Origin: an uncultured Gammaproteobacteria bacterium
GTDB taxonomy: Bacteria; Patescibacteriota; Microgenomatia; UBA10105; UBA927
Assembly (NCBI GenBank): GCA_964442525.1
Contig: CAYTZO010000001.1
Span: forward strand, 2,039 to 48,003
Reading direction: 5' to 3'
Length of the DNA stretch: 45,965 nt
Shown: positions 1 to 6,913 of the stretch, in pieces
How positions within the stretch are numbered: position 1 is the first letter of the stretch
Layout of the letters: each line of letters opens with the position of its first letter
Position numbers and translations under genes: made by a program
The notes under the pieces: model-generated
Told to the model about the DNA's origin: nothing
What the model saw: the letters and a program-made list of their open reading frames with translations, nothing else
Databases searched by the model: none

Positions 1-90
1 AAACGCTTGATCTCGTCCTCCAGGCCCTCGGCTACTATACAGCCAACGGACAGCCAAAAGATGAGAATAATAAACAATAGTCTGCAAGAT

Positions 91-120
91 TTGCTATCAT
101 GTACCGTTACATGGTAGCAA
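91..120. promoter_or_regulatory. Imperfect inverted repeat TTGCTAtCATGTAc-cg-tTACATGgTAGCAA; candidate operator just upstream of the EamA gene
   Basis: The two 14-nt arms match at 12/14 positions when read by eye. The repeat ends 4 nt before the ATG at 125. No binding protein can be assigned. Confidence 0.3.
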
Positions 121-124
121 AATT

Positions 125-994
125 ATGAACAATAAATTATTACTTGTTTCCATTTTTTCTCTTTCTTGGGCACTCAATATTGTTTTAGGACGATATCTCT
201 TAAAATTAGGAATACCCGCACTTCCGTTGACATATGAAACTCTCTTTTTGTCCAGCATAATAATTTTTTCTTATCTTCTTGTCTCTCAGCCAAAAACATT
301 ACGAACTGGTTCAAAAAGGAGTCATATGGGTGCAGCCATTTCCGGTATTATTGGCGGAGGACTTGCTAATATCTTCGGTAATTTTGGGCTCCTACTTTCA
401 ACGGCGACGAATTACGGCTTCCTTGTTAAAACGTCTGGTGGATTTAATGTTCTTCTCTCCTATTTTTTCTTAAACGAGCCTATCGGGCCTCTCAAAGGAC
501 TCCTTCTTTTTCTTATGCTTCTCGGTTCCTACCTTCTTTCTACAAATGGACAACTTCTGACGCCGCATTTTGGCGACATTTTCATTCTCCTTGCAGCACT
601 TGGGTATGCTGCCGCATCGGTTATAAACAGAAACGTCATCAAAAAGGATATGAATCCTGATACAGTTTCATTGTACCGAGCAGTATTTGGATTTATCGTT
701 TCAATTATTGCAGCAATGTTCCTCGGTGGTATTTCGTGGCAAATGCAATTCTTTTGGCTCATTCTCTTATCCGCATTTTTACAAGCGGTTATTTTTATTT
801 TTCTGAATAAAACACTTCAGGTTGCTTCATCTTCGTATGTTGGCATGCTTTCAATGTCCGTTCCCGTCCTTGTTGCGGTTATTGCTATACCAGCGTTTGG
901 GGAAACGCAGACGATAATTCAGTGGATTGGAGGACTTCTTATTATTACCGGCGGGTACTTAACGGAAGTGAAGAAGGTTGCTCATCACGCTTAA
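125..994 (+). CDS. EamA/DMT-superfamily membrane transporter
   Basis: 289 aa, about 10 hydrophobic helices in two repeated halves. Gly-rich motifs (GIIGGGLANIFG) are typical of EamA domains. Confidence 0.8.
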   Translation: MNNKLLLVSIFSLSWALNIVLGRYLLKLGIPALPLTYETLFLSSIIIFSYLLVSQPKTLRTGSKRSHMGAAISGIIGGGLANIFGNFGLLLSTATNYGFLVKTSGGFNVLLSYFFLNEPIGPLKGLLLFLMLLGSYLLSTNGQLLTPHFGDIFILLAALGYAAASVINRNVIKKDMNPDTVSLYRAVFGFIVSIIAAMFLGGISWQMQFFWLILLSAFLQAVIFIFLNKTLQVASSSYVGMLSMSVPVLVAVIAIPAFGETQTIIQWIGGLLIITGGYLTEVKKVAHHA

Positions 995-1793
995 TCCCCC
1001 TCACAAATACCCACCAATGCATGACCCAGATATAGATGGTATAGAGAGAGAGCGGCAGGAGATCCATCGCGCGCGTGAGACCAAAGACGGTATTGGTCAT
1101 TTCACCGACAAACGTTGAAGCCTGTGGGAGGAATCCGAGCGTTATACCGCCAATTTCCGGAAGGAATCCTGCATCGATAAACTCCTGCGCTCCTCGGGCA
1201 AGAAGCCCCGCGGCAAAGAGAATAAGCATGATGCTTGAAAAGCGAAACGCCCAATAGACCGGAAGTTTGACTGTTCCCCAAAAGAAGGCAAACGATACCA
1301 CAAGACCCCCGGCCAGTCCGAGCATAAATCCGCTTAAAATAGGCGCCGGTTGAGAAGAGAAGTAAATGGTGGTTAAAAAGAGGACAATCTCAGACCCCTC
1401 CCGCAATACCGCGGTGAAGACGAGGAAAAACAGCCCGTGTTTTTTCCGCTGCTCCACCACAGTTTTTACTTTTTTGAGAAGCCGTACTTTATACTGGGCA
1501 AAGTAAGTGTGAAGGAAAAATACCGCCCAGGTAATAAACAGCGCCGAGACGGCCATGAGGGTTCCCTCAGTAATCTCTTCAATCCTGCCGGCATAAAGTT
1601 CCTGCACCTTGATGCCAAGCAGGCTTCCGAGTGCGAGCAGCACCGCGCTTACCAAGGCAGCTCCTCCGGCTCCCAGCCAAACCGTTTTGATCTCTTCTCT
1701 GCGGTCCAGCTTGACGAGTATCCCCAACACCGTGGCAACGATAAGAGATGCCTCAATTACTTCACGGATGGTAATGAGAAAACTTGGAAACAT
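945..1793 (-). CDS. FTR1/EfeU-family high-affinity iron permease
   Basis: Polytopic membrane protein with two REXXE motifs (REVIE, REGSE). I prefer the internal start MFPSFLITIREV (cat at 1791-1793) over the track start at 1862. The 3' end overlaps the convergent EamA gene by 50 nt. Confidence 0.8.
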   Translation of the reverse strand: MFPSFLITIREVIEASLIVATVLGILVKLDRREEIKTVWLGAGGAALVSAVLLALGSLLGIKVQELYAGRIEEITEGTLMAVSALFITWAVFFLHTYFAQYKVRLLKKVKTVVEQRKKHGLFFLVFTAVLREGSEIVLFLTTIYFSSQPAPILSGFMLGLAGGLVVSFAFFWGTVKLPVYWAFRFSSIMLILFAAGLLARGAQEFIDAGFLPEIGGITLGFLPQASTFVGEMTNTVFGLTRAMDLLPLSLYTIYIWVMHWWVFVRGIKRDEQPSSLPLSTRR

Positions 1794-1881
1794 GCGAAAG
1801 ATGCTATTATCATAAGGCGGCGAGTCTGCGTTTGCAAGGGCAAATTGTGCGCTATAATACAAAACCTAAAAACGCTACCGT

Positions 1882-2430
1882 ATGATTCCTTCGGAAGAAC
1901 AAATAAAAGCGTTGTGGGACACGTATGCGTTTCCGGCACTCAAGCGCAAACATAGCCTCCTGGTTGCAAAAGTCGCACGACTTTTCGGGGAGAGAATCAC
2001 CCAAAAAACCGGCGTAGTCATCAACGTACCTCTTCTTGTTGCTGCCGCGATGCTTCACGATATTGATAAAGCGATAGTGAAACTGCCGGGAGAGCGCCAT
2101 CCCGATGCCGCAGTACGGATTCTCAAAGAAAAGGGGATGGATGAGATTGCTCGCGTCGTTGGCACGCACTCTCTCCATGCCATTTTAGATCCCGCTACCA
2201 AACCCAGAACGTGGGAACAAAAGATTTTGTATCTCGCGGACAAGATGGTAAAGTATGATATAGTCGGCACTGAACGGCGTTTTGCGCTTTGGCGAGCCGA
2301 ACGTCTTCCGCCTGAAGCCACTGACATTCTGAACCGCAGTTACCCAAAAGTGAAAACTTTGGAAAAAGAGCTTCTTTCCCTTGCAGGTCTTTCGGCCCAT
2401 GATGTCGCAACGCTTGCATTACAATCATGA
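1882..2430 (+). CDS. HD-domain phosphohydrolase
   Basis: 182 aa with an H...HD signature (AAAMLHDIDK) and later conserved His/Asp residues. Substrate unknown. Confidence 0.7.
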   Translation: MIPSEEQIKALWDTYAFPALKRKHSLLVAKVARLFGERITQKTGVVINVPLLVAAAMLHDIDKAIVKLPGERHPDAAVRILKEKGMDEIARVVGTHSLHAILDPATKPRTWEQKILYLADKMVKYDIVGTERRFALWRAERLPPEATDILNRSYPKVKTLEKELLSLAGLSAHDVATLALQS

Positions 2431-2468
2431 CGTATCTATACTAAGGCGGCAGATAGTCAGGAGGGTAT

Positions 2469-3023
2469 ATGAAAATTGTTCAGTTTGTCGTATCGGTTCT
2501 CATGTTTACATTTGTCGCCATTCCCGTATTTGCTGCACCGGCATCGCCGGTTCCGACAGTTCCGACTCCTCCTCCCCAAAGAATAGATTACGCACTTCCG
2601 TACCCGGGGATACTTCCAGACAATCCGCTCTATTTTCTTAAAGCTCTCCGCGACCGGATTTTAGACTTCCTCATTGTCGATTCGGCAAAAAAAGCAGAGT
2701 TTTATGTGCTTCAGGCAGACAAGCGTTTAGGCATGGGGGTTGTGCTTTTTGAACAAAGGAAAACGCAACTTGCCCAAGAGACAGTATCGAAAGGGGAGAA
2801 GTACTTGGTGCAAGCACAATCGTTTGCAATGGCATACAAAAGTTCAGGTAAAGTTGTCCCCGGGTATCTTTTGGACCGGCTGACAAAATCCGCAGCCAAA
2901 CACGAGGAAGTTATAAAAGAACTGATAGCCAAAGCAAGCGGCAAAGAACTCGCAAGTTTTGAGGAGTCTCTTGCGCTTCTGCAAAAGACGATTACGGATA
3001 TCGCCAAGCTCAAAAACCCCTAA
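2469..3023 (+). CDS. Secreted helical hypothetical protein (resembles DUF5667-type CPR proteins)
   Basis: AGGAGGG Shine-Dalgarno 6 nt upstream. N-terminal signal peptide (VAIPVFAAPA). The PGILPDNPLYFLK motif resembles DUF5667 from memory. Confidence 0.6.
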   Translation: MKIVQFVVSVLMFTFVAIPVFAAPASPVPTVPTPPPQRIDYALPYPGILPDNPLYFLKALRDRILDFLIVDSAKKAEFYVLQADKRLGMGVVLFEQRKTQLAQETVSKGEKYLVQAQSFAMAYKSSGKVVPGYLLDRLTKSAAKHEEVIKELIAKASGKELASFEESLALLQKTITDIAKLKNP

Positions 3024-3219
3024 AAGAGTGGGAGAGACAAAGAGAGATTTTCTATTCCGTGGGGACAAATTTTTTCTTCCGAACACTTTTTTTTGATTCT
3101 TTTTCTTGCGTCTTGTATTTTTGTCTCCGGTGGTTTATCTTTCTCCGTACTTTTTCCTCAGCAAAACTGAGCTGAGGCTGAGAAAAAATATTGACGCGTT
3201 TTGATATACAAGTTGCCAG

Positions 3220-3272
3220 TTGACTCCCTAGAATTAGTGTCTTAGGATGTGGTTTGGCACCAGATATAGCGT
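3220..3272 (+). promoter_or_regulatory. Candidate promoter TTGACT-N17-TAGGAT with two NrdR-box-like sites
   Basis: -35 at 3220-3225 and -10 at 3243-3248. Box 1 is tccCTAGAATTAGTGT (3225-3240) and box 2 is gcaCCAGATATAGCGT (3257-3272). The boxes match each other at 10/13 core positions and the remembered NrdR consensus acaCwAtATaTwGtgt at 11/16 and 12/16. Their centres are 32 bp apart, the usual tandem spacing. Confidence 0.4.
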
Positions 3273-3321
3273 ATTAGATTTTCACGAGTTTAGCGTGAAA
3301 TATCCGCCAAAAAAGAAAGAG

Positions 3322-3768
3322 ATGAAGTGTCCATATTGTGAGAGCAGCGATACAGAAGTTATTGAGACGCGGGACAGTGAAGACTTGAGCGTGACCCGGC
3401 GAAGGCGCGGCTGCTCAAAATGTGAGAAACGATTTACGACGTATGAACGGGTTGAGTCGGTACCTTTGACGGTGATTAAGAAGGACCAGCGGCGTGAACC
3501 ATTTGATCGAGAGAAACTGCGCCGGGGCATCTGGCGGGCAAGCGGAAAAACGACGCTCAAGGCAGAAGATATTGATCGGGTTGTCGACGAGGTAGAGCGA
3601 GAACTCATTGGGGGAGAAACAACCGAGGTGCCGAGCAAAGTGATCGGACAGCTTGTTGCAAAACGCTTAAAAAAGCTCGATAAAGTAGCCTACATCCGTT
3701 TTGCAAGCGTATTCCGACAATTTGTGGATATAGAAGATTTTGAAAAAGAAGTGAAAAAATTACTGTAG
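3322..3768 (+). CDS. nrdR: Transcriptional repressor NrdR (zinc ribbon + ATP-cone)
   Basis: MKCPYCES...CSKCEKRFTTYE zinc ribbon followed by an ATP-cone. The start is moved to the ATG at 3322 because the track start at 3247 would overlap the operator region. Confidence 0.9.
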   Translation: MKCPYCESSDTEVIETRDSEDLSVTRRRRGCSKCEKRFTTYERVESVPLTVIKKDQRREPFDREKLRRGIWRASGKTTLKAEDIDRVVDEVERELIGGETTEVPSKVIGQLVAKRLKKLDKVAYIRFASVFRQFVDIEDFEKEVKKLL

Positions 3769-3813
3769 GTAATTTTTTCATCCTGAGCTTGTCGAAGGAT
3801 CTTTATTAATTTT

Positions 3814-6258
3814 ATGGGAGAACTTACTGGCATCAGACAAACCGTATTTCTTGATCGGTACGCACTCAAAGACGAGAAGGGTGCGCCTGTTGAAAAAACA
3901 CCAGAGGAGATGTGGCGAAGAGTTGCCCACGCGGTAGCCCAGGTTGAGCCCAAAACCAAGCGGGACGAGTGGGAAGAAAAGTTTTTTGCCGCAATGGGCA
4001 ATTTTACTTTTGTTCCCGGCGGCCGCATTCTCTCCGGCGCCGGCACGGGGTACAAAGTGACATTTTATAACTGTTTTGTCATTCCCAGCCCCCATGATTC
4101 CCGCGGCGGAATTCTCAAAACGCTTACCCAAATGGTTGAGATCATGTCTCGAGGCGGGGGCGTTGGTATTAACCTTAGTAGTCTCCGGCCCCGCGGATCA
4201 CGGGTCAAAAAAGTCAACGGGTTTTCCTCTGGTCCCTGTAACTGGGCAGAACTTTTCTCCGTCGCCACCAAAGATATTATTCAACAAGGCGGCAGCCGCA
4301 GGGGCGCACTCATGCTTATGCTCTGGGACTGGCACCCGGATATAGAAGAGTTCATTACCGTCAAACAGGACCTTGCGAGAATTAACGGTGCCAATCTTTC
4401 CGTCTGCGTTTCAGACCGCTTCATGGAGGCAGTGAAAAAAGACGGTGACTGGGATCTTCTTTTCCCAGATACGCAGGATCCTGATTATGACACGAAATGG
4501 GACGGGTACCTTCCCAACTGGATTGCTCTTGGGAAAAAACCGGTCGTCACAAAGACGGTGAAAGCACGAAAGCTTTGGGATCTCGTTGCTGCCGCCGCAT
4601 GGAGAAGCGCCGAGCCGGGCGTTGTATTTATGGAACGGTATAACAAATGGTTTAACAATTATTACTTCGAGTTCGTCAACTGCGTTAATCCCTGCGGTGA
4701 AGAGGGGCTTCCAAATTGGGGCGTTTGTAACCTTTGCTCCATAAACCTTGCGGCACTGGTTGACCAGAAAGGCGACATGGATTACCAGAAACTTGCCGAG
4801 ATTGCTAAAATCGGCGTCCGGTTTCAGGACGATATTATCGATGCCGATTTTTATGTATTTGATGAAATCCGCAAAGTTCAGCAGCAGGGCGAACGCAGAA
4901 TCGGGCTTGGGACGATGGGTTTGGGAGACGCGCTTATCAAAATGAAGCTGCGCTACGGATCGCCCGAGAGCCTTGCGGTGATAGACAAGATTTATAAAAT
5001 CATACGGGATGCGGCATATGAATCGTCGGTTGAGATTGCTCGGGAAAAAGGGCCATTTCCCAAAATAGATAAAAAGAAGCATCTTGATGCGTATTTTATT
5101 AAACAACTTCCGGAGGAAACCCGTAAGAGAATGAAGCGGTACGGTGTACGCAACTCCGTTATACTGCAACAGGCGCCCACAGGTTCCACGTCGCTTCTCT
5201 CCGGGGTGTCGAGCGGCATTGAGCCGGTGTATGAATTTGAATTTATCCGCCGCGACCGGCTTGGAGAGCACACACTTCGCCACCCGCTCTTTGAAGCGTG
5301 GTTTGAAGAATTCAAAAAAACTCAAGGCAGAGAACCTAAGAAAGCGGATCGTCCGGCATATTTTGTTTCCGCCAACGACCTCATACCAGAGGACCACGTC
5401 AGGGTTCAGGCAGCAATTCAGAAGTACGTTGACGCCAGTATCAGTAAAACCGTCAATGCCCCCAATGCGCATACCGTTGATGATGTGAAAAAACTCTATA
5501 CCCTGGCGTATGAACTTGGGTGTAAGGGAATTACCTATATGCGCGAAGGGAGCCGGCCGGGCGTACTCTCACGGAAAGAGGAAAAGAAGGAAGAGGTCAA
5601 AGTTGCCGGCCAATATGTACCGGAAGTTAAACCCCGGCCGATGATGGTCCATGGGTCGACCTACCAAGTAGAAACGCCGGTGGGCCAGGCATATGTGACG
5701 GTTAATACCAACGGAGGCAACCAGCCCCTTGAAGTATTTATTAACGTTGGCAAAGCCGGCAGCGACGTTACCGCCATGGCAGAAGCGATGGGTCGGCTGA
5801 TATCCCTCACTCTTCGTATCGCTTCGCCCCTTACGCCCCTTGAACGGGCTCATAAAATTGCCGCTGAGCTTATCGGCATTGGGGGAGCGCGGAGTCTCGG
5901 ATTTGGTGAAAACAGAGTACGCAGTCTTCCCGATGCAGTAGCCAAAGTTATTGACCGGCATTTTGGCTTTTTTACCAAACACAGACTTGATGAAGCGGTG
6001 CCGGCGGCCGCAAACGGCAACGGCAAGGTACTACAGACTAACGGACATGCTTCGGCCCCTCTTAGTACAAGTACTAACGGACACGCGTTGACGCCCCCGA
6101 CGGAAACCGTTCAGCACGTTGGTACTCAATCACCGCTTCCGCTTGCTACCGCAAAACAGATGGTAACGGTCGACCTCTGCCCGAGCTGCGGAGAGGGAAG
6201 CCTCGTGTTTGAGGAATCCTGCAAGAAGTGCTACAACTGCGGTTACTCCGAGTGTTAA
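3814..6258 (+). CDS. nrdJ: Class II (adenosylcobalamin-dependent) ribonucleotide reductase with C-terminal zinc ribbon
   Basis: 814 aa with NrdJ-type motifs (CFVIP, NPCGEE, QQAPTGSTS, ISKTVN) and a terminal CPSCG...CKKCYNCG ribbon. Confidence 0.9.
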   Translation: MGELTGIRQTVFLDRYALKDEKGAPVEKTPEEMWRRVAHAVAQVEPKTKRDEWEEKFFAAMGNFTFVPGGRILSGAGTGYKVTFYNCFVIPSPHDSRGGILKTLTQMVEIMSRGGGVGINLSSLRPRGSRVKKVNGFSSGPCNWAELFSVATKDIIQQGGSRRGALMLMLWDWHPDIEEFITVKQDLARINGANLSVCVSDRFMEAVKKDGDWDLLFPDTQDPDYDTKWDGYLPNWIALGKKPVVTKTVKARKLWDLVAAAAWRSAEPGVVFMERYNKWFNNYYFEFVNCVNPCGEEGLPNWGVCNLCSINLAALVDQKGDMDYQKLAEIAKIGVRFQDDIIDADFYVFDEIRKVQQQGERRIGLGTMGLGDALIKMKLRYGSPESLAVIDKIYKIIRDAAYESSVEIAREKGPFPKIDKKKHLDAYFIKQLPEETRKRMKRYGVRNSVILQQAPTGSTSLLSGVSSGIEPVYEFEFIRRDRLGEHTLRHPLFEAWFEEFKKTQGREPKKADRPAYFVSANDLIPEDHVRVQAAIQKYVDASISKTVNAPNAHTVDDVKKLYTLAYELGCKGITYMREGSRPGVLSRKEEKKEEVKVAGQYVPEVKPRPMMVHGSTYQVETPVGQAYVTVNTNGGNQPLEVFINVGKAGSDVTAMAEAMGRLISLTLRIASPLTPLERAHKIAAELIGIGGARSLGFGENRVRSLPDAVAKVIDRHFGFFTKHRLDEAVPAAANGNGKVLQTNGHASAPLSTSTNGHALTPPTETVQHVGTQSPLPLATAKQMVTVDLCPSCGEGSLVFEESCKKCYNCGYSEC

Positions 6259-6269
6259 TGCTTTTCTCT

Positions 6270-6767
6270 ATGCCTATTTATACCCGTACCGGAGACAAAG
6301 GGGAAACATCGCTTTTTGGCGGCAGACGCATCCCAAAAGCTGATCCCCGCGTTGAACTCTATGGTTCTGTCGACGAGCTCAATAGTTGGATCGGGTTTTT
6401 TCATGATCCGCGATTAACTGAAGTCCAACGTGATTTATTAACCATCGGCAGTGCTATTGCCGGATGGAAAACAGATCTGTCATTTTTAGAATCCCGCGTT
6501 CGGGGAATGGAAGAGTGGATTGATACAATGGAGCCAAACTTACCAAAACTCACGAATTTTATTTTGCCCCGGGGGGAAATGCATATTGCCCGGAGCGTTT
6601 GTCGTCGGGTCGAGCGGATAGCCGTTCGCGAACATGCAGATCCCGTTATCATCAAATATCTTAACCGATTATCCGACTTGCTATTCACTCTGGCACGGTT
6701 TATAAATAAAAAGGAAAACATTGAGGAAGTACCCTGGTCAGGCATTTCTCGTACGAGGAAAAAATAA
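6270..6767 (+). CDS. pduO: PduO-type ATP:cob(I)alamin adenosyltransferase
   Basis: N-terminus MPIYTRTGDKGETSLFGG and YGSVDELNS are hallmark PduO-type motifs. Start taken at the ATG at 6270. Confidence 0.85.
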   Translation: MPIYTRTGDKGETSLFGGRRIPKADPRVELYGSVDELNSWIGFFHDPRLTEVQRDLLTIGSAIAGWKTDLSFLESRVRGMEEWIDTMEPNLPKLTNFILPRGEMHIARSVCRRVERIAVREHADPVIIKYLNRLSDLLFTLARFINKKENIEEVPWSGISRTRKK

Positions 6768-6768
6768 T

Positions 6769-6913
6769 AGTCAAAAGCTCCGAATCCCGTGAAACCCGGG
6801 AACTGTACCGCAACGGTTATAGTCCGGTCGCAGGCTTTTGGCTCTGGTAAGCACATCCTTCGGGTGAAAGGAAAAGGCTTAAAAACCAAACTTCTCACCC
6901 GGGAAGTTTTTTT
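6769..6913 (+). promoter_or_regulatory. Riboswitch-like structured leader: closed multi-helix aptamer candidate plus alternative antiterminator and terminator/RBS-sequestering hairpins. Possibly cobalamin class.
   Basis: All folding was done by hand. The aptamer candidate has P1 at 6769-6778/6834-6843 (10 bp, one GU), a helix at 6780-6782/6825-6827, hairpin TCCCG-TGAAACC-CGGGA (6785-6801), and a second hairpin at 6802-6823. Downstream, 6859-6867/6895-6903 (9 bp) competes with CTTCTC-ACCC-GGGAAG (6891-6906). That second hairpin is followed by T7, which runs into the ATG at 6914. Confidence 0.4.

Noticed and set aside
1-80. Possible 3' end of a plus-strand CDS (frame starting at nt 3: ...TLDLVLQALGYYTANGQPKDENNKQ, stop TAG at 78-80)
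   Set aside because: Only 26 codons are visible and there is no recognisable motif. It cannot be supported from this fragment.
3156-3177. 7-bp hairpin CCTCAGC-aaaactga-GCTGAGG in the T-rich spacer before the nrdR promoter
   Set aside because: No U-run follows it on either strand, so it is not a convincing intrinsic terminator. I could infer no other function.
3247-3321. N-terminal extensions offered by the ORF track (this one for nrdR). The same issue applies at 6228, 11624, 1862, 20013, 26988, 32963 and 33757.
   Set aside because: In each case an internal start reproduces the family-typical N-terminus. The extension would overlap an operator, a promoter or the upstream gene.
4411-5472. 353-aa minus-strand ORF inside nrdJ
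   Set aside because: It is antisense shadow of a strongly supported gene. The product is low-complexity and Arg/Phe-rich with no motifs.
6769-6843. Alternative riboswitch classes for the leader (purine/2'-dG, TPP, glycine, c-di-GMP, ZTP, fluoride, preQ1)
   Set aside because: None of the remembered signature strings of these classes is present. Only cobalamin-like strings were seen, and those are imperfect.
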